From assembly GCA_030390025.1 (NCBI GenBank), contig CM059432.1, positions 103,790,001 through 103,854,000 on the forward strand: a DNA stretch of 64,000 nt, given 5' to 3'. Source of the stretch: Squalus acanthias (Eukaryota). Position numbers and translations under genes: made by a program. The notes under the pieces were generated by a model. That model was given only the letters and a program-made list of their open reading frames with translations, did not search any database and was not told the origin of the DNA. Below, one piece after another: positions 22,508 to 34,030 of this stretch (position 1 is its first letter; every line of letters begins with the position of its first letter).

Positions 22508-24003
22508 GGGGGCGATTTTCTGAGGCCCGAGGAGGCGGGTTTAGAGGTGGGAGAGGTGGGAAAATCGGAAAACATGAGTGCAGGTTCGGAACCTGTCTCC
22601 AACCCACCTCCGCGGGATTTTGCTGGTGCCGGTTTTGCAGGGAATACGGTCCCACCTCCAGCTGGCCAGAGAGCTTGTTAAGAGGCTTAAATGCTTGTTA
22701 AGGGCCTCTCTAAGCCTATTTTGAGAGGCCCTCGTTATTTTTCGACCATTTCGGCGTGTTCCACGACCCTCCTAAACCACGCCAGCTAAACCTGGCGGGT
22801 TGACAAGTGGGTGGCCTCCTCACAGCTGCAGCTCCACCATTACATCGGAGATTTCATCAGGGATTAGTTGCAGGTGGCAGAACTTTGTTTTAAAAGGTCT
22901 TTGAGCACTTTTAGCAGGCCTTCCGAAGTCGGAGGTGCTGCAGCTTGAATCGATCAACTGTGGGACCTCCTTGGAAGACGCTCTCCCCGCTTGCAATGAG
23001 CGCTTCCCCAATGGAGGCATCTGCAAGCAGCATGGGAACCATTAATTTTCATTCACCATGGCCCTCAGATGAGGATGAGGATGAGGAGGAGGATGAGGAG
23101 GCTGAGGAAGAGGAGGATCTGGAGGAGGAGGAGGAGCAGGAGGGGGAGGAGGAGCTGGAGGAGCTGGTGGAGGAGGAGGAGCAGGAGGAGGAGGAGGTCA
23201 GAGCGCCGGTGTATCGACCAGCAGCAGCGGCAGCACGCGAGCACATGGCTGCCCGTGATGCAAGGGATGAACTTATCATGGCCAGATTTGCATAGGTTGC
23301 CCAAATTGGTACATGTCCTTGGCTCCATCTTAAGACATCATTGACAATGGACATGACTCTCTGGCCTCCTTTCACTCTGGCCACCAACCTGACAACGCAA
23401 GTATCGCGGAGCCCGCAATGTGGAGCTGCCTAAGGCAAAAGAACAGATGCCATAAAGCCAACATTTTGGCTTCAAATCATTTTAATGCTTTCCAACAGGG
23501 ATGGCATTTCATCAATACACATAAACATTCACCCAATCTGCACACAGATCTGGAGGTATATCTCTTGCCAGCTGGACCCACACAGCCTTGGTTTCTTTGG
23601 GAGGCCTCTTCCTCCCAGATGAGTGGAAGAGCACCTCCCTGCTAGCTGTCACCCCCTCAACCAACTTTTGCAGCGCCTCATCCGAGAACCTCGGGGAGGC
23701 CCTTGCCTTGGAATTGGACATAGTGGTTTCTCAAAATATGTTGCAAGTGGTGCAGCATTGGCAGAAATCCAGTGGAATGATCCAAGGCAGCAAGCAGCCC
23801 TTAAATCAGACTGGAAAAGTGATGTCAGCAGAGGCGAGTTTCAGTCCCAAAACACTAACTGACCAAGGGCAACCCACACCTCTGAAATCAAGTGGTCAAT
23901 CGGGAAAATTGCAATATTTTGAAAACTATCAGTGGAGGCGGGTTTCGAACTCACCCAAACCAAAACCCGCCTCCATCCCGCCTCCAGTGGGAAAATCGCC
24001 CCC
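22508..24003 (+). mobile_element. Internally deleted Harbinger element (family G)
   Basis: TIR GGGGGCGATTTTC / GAAAATCGCCCCC, TSD ATA/ATA; fused transposase N- and C-termini (23032-23295) and start of Myb exon 1 (23721-~23560, minus). Confidence 0.9.
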
Positions 24004-24604
24004 ATAGAGTCATAATGACACAGAAGGAGGCCATTCAGCCCAATGAGTCAGTGCCGTCTCTCTGCAGAGCAATCGGGCTGGATTTTCATAGGGCCGTTGA
24101 GGCGGGATTGGAGGCGTGTGGGGGGTTAAAATTGCAGAAACTGGCGGGCAGGCCCGATCCTGCCTCCATCCCACCTCCACGCAATTTTGATGAAATCGTG
24201 TCTACTGGTCCCGTCTCCGTCCCGCCTCCAAGAGGCGGGAGAGACCATTAATGCCCTTAACAAGCCTTAAATTGGCTCTGTAATGCCATTTTGATATTTT
24301 TTTGCCAGTTTAACCCTTTTCCCACGTGAAGCGCGCCTGATCTGAAACACGGCGGTGAAACCTGGCGGGAGCACAAATGGATTGCTGACTCTCAGCTGCA
24401 GCTCAACCATTAAACAGGAGATTTGATCAGCCATCATTTGCAGGTGGCAGGACTTTGTTGTCACAGGTCTGGGGAAACTTTTAGAAGGCATAACCACAGC
24501 TCTGGAAGTTTGGAGCCTGACACCCATCTCCAGTGTGACCTCCTGGGAAACACCTCTCACCACCCTCATTGAGGGCTTCCTCAACTGAGGCATATACCGG
24601 AGGC

Positions 24605-25861
24605 ATGGGAGCCATTTATTTCCTTCCCTCCTGGGCATCAGATGAGGACGAACACCAGCCGCAGCACCAGCAGAACCATGAACAACAGCAGCAACAACAG
24701 CAGCAGCAACAGCAGGAGCGCCAAGCTGCTGCTCACCCGCCTGAAGCTGCACAGGCCAGAAGGGGCCAGCGCATGGAAGGCCGTCGGCGCAGGAGATACC
24801 CCCCAAACAGAGTCTACAGACACAGGGTCAGCTATCTCAACATGTCTGAGCAGCAGTGCCAAAGGCGGCTCCGACTTTCGCGAGAGGTAGTGGGTGACAT
24901 CTGCGCAATGCTGCAACAAGACCTGCAGCCCAGAGGACCAGGTGGACACCCCTTACCAGTGGCCATCAAAGTCACCACCGCACTCAACTTTTTTGCCTCA
25001 GGCTCATTCCAGGGATCAGCAGCAGACATCAGCGGCATCTCCAAGGCGGCCGCACACACTTTCATCAGCAAGGTAACCAATGCCCTCTCTGCCATCACGC
25101 ACAATCACATCCATTTCACCAAGGATCGAGCAAGTGTCACGGCGCGTGCGGTTGGATTAGCTAATCTGGCAGGCTTTCCAAGGGTGCAGGGCGTCGTTGA
25201 CTGCACACATGTGGCCCTTAAAGCACTCCATCGCAATCCAGGGATTTTTGTCAACCGCAAGGGCTTCCACTCCCTCAACGTTCAGCTGGTGTGTGACCAC
25301 AAGAAGGAAGTTTTGCATGTTTGTGCCAAGTACCCTGGCAGTTGCAATGACTCCTTCATACTGCGCCAGTCTAGTGTGCCTCCGCTATTCAGTCCGCCAG
25401 ACCAACTTCATGGATGGCTACTTGGAGACAAGGGCTATCCCCTGAAGACGTGGCTAATGACGCCATTGAGGAGCCCATCCAACGCAGCTGAGGAGAGCTA
25501 CAACTCCAGCCACATTTCCACCAGAGCCATAATCGAGCAAACCATCGGTATGCTGAAGATGCGCTTCAGATGCCTGGATAGATCAGGTGGAGCCCTGCAA
25601 TATTCAGCAGCCAGGGTCTCCAGAATCGTCGTGGTTTGCTGTGCACTTCACAACATGGCACAGCATCGTGGCTTGCAGATGCCGGAGGACCAAGTGGCTC
25701 CTCACATAGCCTCCTCAGATGAGGAGCAGGAGGAGGTGGAGGAGGAGGAGGAGAGAGAGAACGAACAACTTGCAGAGGCCCATCAACCAGCAGCAGCATT
25801 ACGCGCGACCATAGCTGCCCGGAATGCAAGGAATGCACTCATCTTGGCCAGATTTGCTTAG
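24605..25861 (+). CDS. PIF/Harbinger DDE transposase (HARBI1-like, DDE_Tnp_4 family), ~418 aa, uninterrupted
   Basis: ATG at 24605 in frame with ORF 24569-25861; motifs [74 protein letters not shown]. Confidence 0.95.
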   Translation: MGAIYFLPSWASDEDEHQPQHQQNHEQQQQQQQQQQQERQAAAHPPEAAQARRGQRMEGRRRRRYPPNRVYRHRVSYLNMSEQQCQRRLRLSREVVGDICAMLQQDLQPRGPGGHPLPVAIKVTTALNFFASGSFQGSAADISGISKAAAHTFISKVTNALSAITHNHIHFTKDRASVTARAVGLANLAGFPRVQGVVDCTHVALKALHRNPGIFVNRKGFHSLNVQLVCDHKKEVLHVCAKYPGSCNDSFILRQSSVPPLFSPPDQLHGWLLGDKGYPLKTWLMTPLRSPSNAAEESYNSSHISTRAIIEQTIGMLKMRFRCLDRSGGALQYSAARVSRIVVVCCALHNMAQHRGLQMPEDQVAPHIASSDEEQEEVEEEEERENEQLAEAHQPAAALRATIAARNARNALILARFA

Positions 25862-26118
25862 CCTAGACAATCAAGCACTTTTGCCTCGCAGCTTCTTACC
25901 AGAGCTACGACAATGGCCCAGACCCACCAGATCCCTAACAATTTGACCACCACACTGACAATTATAAGTTATCCTAAGGCCTCATTGTGGAAGTCCTATT
26001 AGCGAAATGACAGACGCCACAACTGCAGCTGTAGCCATCAAAGTTTTTATTTACACTTAACACCTGATGGCTTTTTTACATTAAACATCAAATTTCACCC
26101 AAGTGACTACCCTTGTGA

Positions 26119-27933
26119 CTATTTGTGCAGTATCTTTCTCTTACGCGTGCTCCTACGTGGTGCTTCCCCTGTGGCTTCAGCAGAGATGGAGGCACCCTGC
26201 TCAGTTTGTTGCTGCTCCTGTCTCGGCACCTTTGGCGGGCATCCTCTGGAGTTGCGAACCTGCGAGGGCTCGGCAACAGTCTGCTGCTCCTGCGGCTGGG
26301 CAGGGGTTGAGACGCCGATCTCAGTTGGGTGCGGACTCTGGTAGGGCTCTGACCGAGGACTTGTCAGTGGCATGGAAGTGTGAGCGCTTGGAGAGGAGCC
26401 CCCACCTCCTTGTTGTCTGCTACCAACATCCCTCTCATGGGTCAGGTCCACCTCAGCGCTTGCAAGTGGATTGAGAGCACCTTGCTGCACATCAGGGGGG
26501 CCATGGGGACCCGTATCTGCACTGGCAGTCCTACTCAGAAGGACTTCCATGAAGGTCTGGTTTCTCTGTTCAATAGATGTCCATCGCTCCTCCAGAGATG
26601 TCATTCTATTCAGAACACTCACCATGTTTTCTGCACTCTGGCGAATTATCACCTCCAAGAAGGTTGCCATCCTTTCCATGGTGATGCGTTCATGCGCCAA
26701 TGACTCCACAAAGGCTCTGCTCATGTTCGCGATGGACTCCTCCATTCGCTCCACACTCGCAGCGACCCTGGAGACAAAACCTGTCAGGGACTCCTGCATC
26801 TGTTCCTGGAGTCCCAGCACCGCTGATCTTATGGATGGCCCCAGAGGCAGAGGGTCGACATGCAGCTGAGCCGAGCTAGGAGAGTCCTGCGCCCTCCGAC
26901 TAGGACTCTCCACTGCTGTCCCTGTCTCCACCATCTGCTGATGCTCACTTGTGAGCTGTGATACACCAGGTGACAACACTACTCTATGTCCCGAGGGTCC
27001 CACCGAGGTGTGAGTCTCTGCGCTGGTGCTGGGTGCGCTGAATTCTGCTGACGCTGCGCCCTCAGAGGTTGCAGCTTCCTCTGAGGAGTCTGGATGCTCA
27101 GGCTCTTCCTCCTGGCTAGTGGGGACGGGTGCTTGTGATGGTCCTGTGGGGGAGTAAAGGAAAGAGTCAGAGATGTGATGCCAAGGTTAAATGCACATTG
27201 CATATTGCAGATGATCATAAATCCATCTGTTAGAGCTTCAGATTCATTATCAACAACTCATGCAATGTCAATGAGAGAGATGGAACACTATTCTGTCACC
27301 AGCTTGCTGTGATGCACCCGTCTGTCCGTCCCCCACTTGCGTATCCTCCTCTACTCCCACGATCTCCAGGACCGCATCCTCCCAGGGGGTGAGCTGAGCT
27401 AATGAAGGTGGCCCTCCTCCTGTCCTGGCTCTTTTCCTTTTATTGTGAGCTCTCTTTTCCTGCAATGAGGGAGACAAGTGGAGTTTGAATGAGATTGAAG
27501 GAGTGAGTGTAGAGAGTCCATAGCATAGATGCTTAGAAGGAGACAAAGATGGAGTGAGGTGGCAAGACCAAGGGCCCTCCCTGTGTGTTGTAAGTTGTTT
27601 TCATAGCATGACAGTGATAGGGAGTGTGAGGGCTGCATAGTCGAATAGTAAGGTGAATGTGACCATAGAGGGAGTGGGAATGGGTAAGGGTGCATGGATG
27701 TCAGTGTCAAGTGGGATATGGAGGAAGAGGTTGCTAAAGCTGAGTGCTCGTGAGGAGAGGCAATGGGGATCAGATTGAGGGTGAAGGGAAAGTCATACTC
27801 ACTTTTGCAGTGCGTAGAAGGTCATGAAACCTCTTCCTGCACTGGAGCCAGGTTCTGCGGGTGATGGATAAAGAGTTGACCTCCTGGGCGACCTGGACCC
27901 ACAGCACCTTGGTCTGCTGAGGAGGCTTCTTCT
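26119..27933 (-). CDS. Harbinger Myb/SANT-like partner protein, 5'-truncated; exons 27933-27803, 27459-27300, 27143-26119
   Basis: Exon 1 KKPPQQTKVLWVQVAQEVNSLSITRRTWLQCRKRFHDLLRTAK|GTGAGT; 160-nt exon 2; exon 3 joins in frame to ORF 26119-27003 and ends PRRSTRKRK; no stops after splicing. Confidence 0.85.
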
Positions 27934-28969
27934 AGATGTGTCCTTCACTAGTTCCTGTTGAGGAATGTCCTAAGCAAGCTGGGCTCATGCCCGAGTATTT
28001 ATACTCTCCCTGGACAGCAGGCCGCCCAGTATTACTTCATACAAGATTCATGTCAAGCAGTACTAAGACATGGAGCTTAATGTAAGGAGTTGAATGCATT
28101 GATCAAGCTGATGTACTCAATTCCAACCTACCATATGGATGTGCATCAGGCTGTTAGTTAATCACTCTTTAAAGTTTTTAGCATTTCCAGTATCAGATTT
28201 TCTGTGTACTTTTATACTTTTTCTTATGCAAACTAATTACTGCCCGACTGTTTAGTCCAAAAGAAATGAACATTTAACAACATTTAATTATATTTAGTTT
28301 AATGGTTGCTATCCTAAAATGTTTTTGTATCAGCTATTATTTCTGTGCTTGAGAATTATTTACCAGGTACATATTGACAGTAATTTATATGCATTTAATC
28401 CAATTTCCTGTGGCATACATCAGCCTTCTAATAGATATCTGCAGTGGATAAAGTAATATTTGGTAAATACTAATGTTTGAGAATTTTAAAGTTTGAACAA
28501 ACACTAAGAACAAAGTTCAAAATAAAAATTTGGCACAAGGTGCCTCCAGTATAATCTGCCATGCTCCTGTACCTGTTATTGTTTTTAATTCACCCCTTAA
28601 AGATCTGTAATTTCTCTTCCAGATTTCAAGTGTATTTAATTTGATTACTGCCTTCTTTTTACCACTAAATCAGCCGTTGCTCTTCAAGGTCAGTATCAAT
28701 ATGCAATTACCTATAAGGCCCAAAGCTCTGTGAGCTGTCAAACCTTCATGTTGTAGATTGTAATGTTTTAAACTCCAACGTTCTAGTAAATGTATAAATG
28801 AGCAGACACTGAAGTGATTTGAGAAAAGAGACACTGTTCCTAACATTTCCTGTGCTCTTATGTTCTGAACATAATATCATTTTTGTTTCTGTATTTGTTG
28901 ACCCACTCTTTACCATCCCCTCGCCCCATTTAACTTTCCAACCATTTAATTTCCTCTTCCCCCATGTAG

Positions 28970-29159
28970 ACATATACACTTGCTGGGTAAGCTACTATCA
29001 AATCTTTGTAATACCACTCTTGAGCTAGCCACTAGAACATGTGTGAGTGAAGCCCAGGATGACTTGCACTCCAGTGTTCCCTGCTCCCCTGTAAGAAAAA
29101 AACCCAGCCTCTGCTCACAACCTCCCACTCTGGCACGGGTGAAGTCACGAATTAGCCGG
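28970..29159 (+). CDS. Candidate host-gene internal exon (unidentified): HIHLLGKLLSNLCNTTLELATRTCVSEAQDDLHSSVPCSPVRKKPSLCSQPPTLARVKSRISR
   Basis: Polypyrimidine tract and TAG acceptor at 28969; GC-richer open island in AT-rich non-repeat DNA; only weak donors (GTGAAG at 29139, GTCGGG at 29160). Confidence 0.3.
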
Positions 29160-30621
29160 GTCGGGACTTATGATATAAATCTAAATAATGCAGTTCTTAA
29201 TGTCATTTCAATTCTAACATTTTTTTTGTGCATCTACGCTAGCTTATAGTTTCCCCTTAATAAAGTCCAATATCCTGGAAGCTACTTCACAGACTTAGGA
29301 AGAATAATATGTATTAACACCTGGGAGCTGATTCCACTGATAGCGCACCAATACTCTACTGCTTTCAGGCTTAGGTAGAATTAGTTACAGGCATACTGTT
29401 TGTGTAGTTTGACTCGGAATGTGAATTTGGGATTGCTGAGCTAAAATAACTGGGTTCAGTCCTTGCTTCAGTGGATTTAAATGGCAAAAACAATCTGCAC
29501 CCCTGACTGCACTCCAGGAAGCATAGAATTATATAGCAATTACAATGCAGAAGCAAACTGTTTGGCCTAACCAGACCGTGTTGGTGTTAATCATCCACAT
29601 GAGCAGTAGTCCTAGTCTTACGTGCCCTTCCTATTATCATATCCGTTTATCCTCCTTTCCTTCAGACACTTACCTAACCTACTCTGAAATGTTGACATGG
29701 TCCCTGCTTCAATCACTAGCTCTAGTACTCCATCCCATAGCCTCACAAATTTTGTGTAAAATTGTTTCTCTTTTTTGTCTTAATTCTCTTACATTTAATC
29801 TTATATTTTTTAAATAGTGAGACACAGGGAAATGTTGGTATTCACAGGGGCCTGGGTGTCCTTGTACACGAATCACTGTAAGTTAACATACAGGTACAGC
29901 AAGCAATTAGGAAAGCAAGTAGTATGTTGGCATTTATTACAAAGGGATTTGAGTATAAGAGTAAAGACGTCTTACTGCAATTATATAGGGCCCTGGTGAG
30001 ACCACACCTGGAGTATTGTGTACAGTTTTGGTCTCCTTACCTAAGGAAGGATATACTTGCCTTAGAGGGAGTGCAACAAAGGTTCACCAGACTGGTTCCT
30101 GGGATGAGGTGATTGTCCTATGAGGAGAGATTGAGTAGACTAGGCCTATATTCCCTAGAGTTTAGAAGAATGAGAGATGAACTCATTGAAACATATAAAA
30201 TTCTTAAAGGGCTTGACAGGGTAGATGCAGGGAGGATGTTTCCCCTGGCTGGGGAGTCCAGAACTAGGGGTCACCGTCTCAGAATAAGGGGTCGGCCATT
30301 TAGGACTGATGTGAGGAGAAATTTCTTCACTCAAAGGGTGGTGAATCTTTGGAATTCTCTACCCCAGAGGGCTGTAGATGCTCAATCGCTGACTATATTC
30401 AAGACAGAGATTGATAGATTTTTAGATACTAAGGAAATCAAGAGATTAATTCGCAACTTCTCAGATAATGAAGCAGTCCGTGCTCGCATGCAGCAAGACG
30501 TGGACAACATTCAGGCTTGGACTGATAAGTGACAAGTAACATTCGTGCCACACAAGTTCCAGGCAATGACTATCTCCAACAAGAGAGTGTCTAACCACCG
30601 CCCCTTGATAGTCGATGGCAT

Positions 30622-30930
30622 AGTGTCAGCCGTGGCTCAGTTGGTAGCACCCTCGCCGCTGAGTCAGAAGGTTGTGGGTTCAATTCCCACTCCAGGGACA
30701 TCAGCACAAAAAAAAATCTACGCTCACACTCCAGTACAGTGCAATACGTTAAACCGAGGCCCCATCTGCTCTCTCAGGTGGACGTAAAAGATCCTATGGC
30801 ACTATTTCGAAGAAGAGGAGGGGAGTTATCCCTGATGTCCTAGCTAATATTTATTCCTCATTCAACATCACTAAAACATATTATCTGATCATTATCACAC
30901 TGCTGTTTGTGGGAGCTTGCTGTGCGCAAA
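30622..30930 (+). mobile_element. tRNA-derived Deu-domain SINE (SacSINE1-like), 3' truncated
   Basis: A box TGGCTCAGTTGG (30633), B box GGTTCAATTCC (30677), Deu-like GATCCTATGGCACTATTTCGAAGAAGAG. Confidence 0.8.
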
Positions 30931-33037
30931 TATCGACAGGGCTAAGCGATCCCACAATCAACGGATCAGATCAAAGCTCTGCAGTCCTGCAACATCCAGT
31001 CGTGAATGGTGGTGGACCATTAAACAACTAACAGGAGGAGGAGGCTCCATGAATATCCCCATCCTCAATGATGGTGGAGCCCAGCACGTGAGTGCAAAAG
31101 ATCAGGCTGAAGCGTTTGCAACCATCTTCAGCCAGAAGTGTTGAGTGGATGATCCATATCGGCCTACTCCTGAGGTCCCCACCATCACAGAAGCCATTCT
31201 TCAGCCAATTCGATTCACTCCACGTGATATCAAGAAACGGCTGAGCGCACTGGATAAAGCAAAGGCTATGGGCCCTGACAACATCCCAGCTATCGTGCTG
31301 AAGACTTGTGCTCCAGAACTAGCCACGCCTCTAGCCAAGCTGTTCCAGTACAGCTACAACACTGGCATCGATCCGACAATCTGGAAAACTGCCCAAGTAT
31401 GTCCTGTCCACAAAAAGCAGGACAAATCCAACCCAGCCAATTACCGCCCCATCAGTCTACTCTCAATCATCAGCAAAGTGATGGAAGGTGTCATCGACAG
31501 TGCTATCAAGCGGCACTTACTCACCAATAACCTGCTCACTGATGCCCAGTTTGGGTTCCGCCAAGACCACTGGGCTCCCGACCTCATTACAGCCTTGGTT
31601 CAAACATGGACAAAGGAGCTGAATTCCAGAAGTGAGGTGAGAGTGACTGCCCTGGACATCAAGGCAGCATTTGACCGAGTGTGGCATCAAGGAGCCCTGG
31701 TAAAACTGAAGTCAATGAGAATCAGGGGGAAAACGCTCAGTTGCCTGGAGTCATACCTAGCACAAAGGAAGATGGTTGTGGTGATTGAAGGTCATTCATC
31801 ACAGCCCCAGGACATCACTGCAGGAGTTCCTCAGGGCAGTGTCCTAGGCCCAACCATCTTCAGCTGCTTCATCAATGACCTTCCCTCCAACATAAGGTCA
31901 GAAATGGGGATGTTCGCTGATGACTGCACAGTGTTCAGCATCATTCACAACTCCTCAGATAATGAAGCAGTCCATGCCCGCATGCAACAAGACCTGGACG
32001 ACGTTCAGGCTTGGGCTGATAAGTGGCAGGTAACATTCGCACCACAGAAGTGCCAGGCAATGACTATCTCCAACAAGTGAGAGTCTAACCACCTCCCCTT
32101 GACATTCAACGGTATTACCATCGCCAAATCCCCCACCATCAACATCCTGGGGGTCACCATTGACCAGAAACTTAACTGGACCAGCCACATAAATACTGTG
32201 GCAACAAGAGCAGGTCAGAGGCTAGGTATTCTGCAGCGAGTGTCTCACCTCCTGACTCCCCAAAGCCTTTTCACCATCCACACCTTTGATTGCCATGATT
32301 ATCTCTCTGCCGAGGTGTGATAAAGGGCAGTTAGAAAGATTAACTGTGATCATCTGGCTGTGTTCTCTGACTATATATGCTGTGCCTATATGCATTCCTT
32401 CACTTCACCTGACGAAGGAGCAGCGCTCCGAAAGCTTGTGATTTCAAATAAAGCTGTTGGACTATAACCTGGTGTTGTGTGACTTCTCACAACCATCTAC
32501 AAGGCACAAGTAAGGAGTGTGATGGAATACTCTCCACTTGCCTGGATGAGTGCAGCTCCAACAACACTCAAGAAGCTCGACACCATCCAGGACAAAGCAG
32601 CCCGTTTGATTGGCACCCCATCCACCACCTTAAACATTCACTCCCTCCACTACCGGCGTACCGTGGCTGCAGTGTGTACCATCTATAAGATGCACTGCAG
32701 CAACTCGCCAAGGCTTCTTCGGCAGCACCTCCCAAACCCGCGATCTCTATCACCTAGAAGGACAATGGCAGCAGGCGCATGGGAACACCCCCACCTCCAA
32801 GTTCCCCTCTAAGTCACACACCATCCTGACTTAGAAATATATCGCTGTTCCTTCATAGTTGCTGGGTCAAAATCCTGGAACTCCCTGCCTAACAGCACTA
32901 TGGAAGTACCTTCACCACACGGACTGCAACGGTTCAATAAGGCGGCTCACCACCACCATCTCAAGGGCAATTAGGGATGGGCAATAAATGCCTGCCTTGC
33001 CAGCGACGCCCACATCCCATGAATGAATAAAAAAAAA
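30931..33037 (+). mobile_element. CR1/L2-group non-LTR retrotransposon (second family), RT region and 3' end
   Basis: ORF 31145-32080 with [53 protein letters not shown] tail; stops present. Confidence 0.92.
32279..32491 (+). mobile_element. Penelope-like fragment with hammerhead motif (32405-32441) inserted in the LINE
   Basis: ACCATC duplicated at 32273-32278 and 32492-32497; TCAC-CTGACGA-A-GGAGC-agc-GCTCC-GAAAGCTT-GTGA. Confidence 0.85.
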
Positions 33038-34030
33038 TGGGGATAGTGCGAGAAAGTGGAGTTGAGGTAGAAGATCAGCCATGATCTTATTGAATGGCGG
33101 AGCAGGCTCAAAGGGCTGAATGTCCTACTCCTGCTCCTATTTCTTATGTTCTTATGTTCTTATACGTATGTTCACTCGTTATAGATCCTTAAATCACTGG
33201 AAACAGTCTGTTTCTATCTAGTCTGTCCTATCCCTCCATACTTTTAAACATCTTTATCAAATCACCCATAATCTATTCAGTTCTAATGAAAACAGCCCCA
33301 AGTTTTCAACAGTGGTGTGGTGATCAAAGCTAGATCTGAAGCTAAGTTTGCAGGACCATTTCCTAATTTTTTTTAAAACCGCAACAAACAAGATTTCCTA
33401 CATATTTTTCAGTCTCTCTACCAGCTACCAATTTCCTCCTAAGGGACCCACAAAATAGTTGTTTAAGGTAGCATGTTGGTCATGCAGACCCACGTTGATA
33501 GTAGTGTTTTCTTTTCCAGGCTACAACCCAAAAACAGAAGAGAAGAATGATGATGGTGACCAAGAGATTGCAGTCCCTTCTACCCCTGGCAACACTGGTG
33601 TGTACTCACCCACCCCGTCATTCACCCTCTTCCATGTGCTGAGCAGTCCAGAGACATTCAATTGGCGGGCTGGGGGTGGGTTGTACAGATAGTTTAGATG
33701 AGGAATTTGCAGACAGTGAGGCGTAGAACACAAAGAAACCAAAGGATCCTGATGAGGCTGAAGTAATGGCAGCCGCTGGCTAGAAAGCATGTGGATGTTT
33801 TCAATGGTCATGCCATGAAAAGAAGGATGCAAGCAACACAGTTAATACACATGGAGGTTCTGTGAAACCTTTCCAAGATGTGCGGCACATGGTTGGGAGT
33901 TCACTGCCCTGCGATGTGCAACATCTTAGAGGGTTTCATATCATTACAGTGCATCCTGAAAAAAGTAGCAGCTGCTAGAACATCTGCAAATCTTCCCCCA
34001 TTTCAGGCAAGTCAGTCAATTTAAGTAGAC

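Larger units (their letters stand above)
24075..27933 (+). mobile_element. Young autonomous-type PIF/Harbinger transposon, right end truncated (element H)
   Basis: Left TIR GGGCTGGATTTT; intact transposase; convergent partner gene cut inside exon 1; no right TIR found. Confidence 0.9.
29820..33165 (+). mobile_element. CR1 LINE 3' part (29820-30442 and 33038-33165) split by nested insertions
   Basis: LYRALVRPHLEYCVQFWSP and NLWNSLPQ motifs; (TTCTTATG)n tail. Confidence 0.9.

Noticed and set aside
19046..24011. CRISPR-like repeat-spacer array
   Set aside because: Repeats are 8-bp microsatellite units and the spacers are TIR elements with TSDs; eukaryotic context and no cas genes.
24605..25861. 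Host HARBI1 gene
   Set aside because: Adjacent TIR, convergent Myb partner, insertion in a CR1 end and several paralogous remnants indicate a transposon copy.
30626..30692. tRNA gene
   Set aside because: A and B boxes run directly into a Deu-domain SINE body; it is a SINE head.
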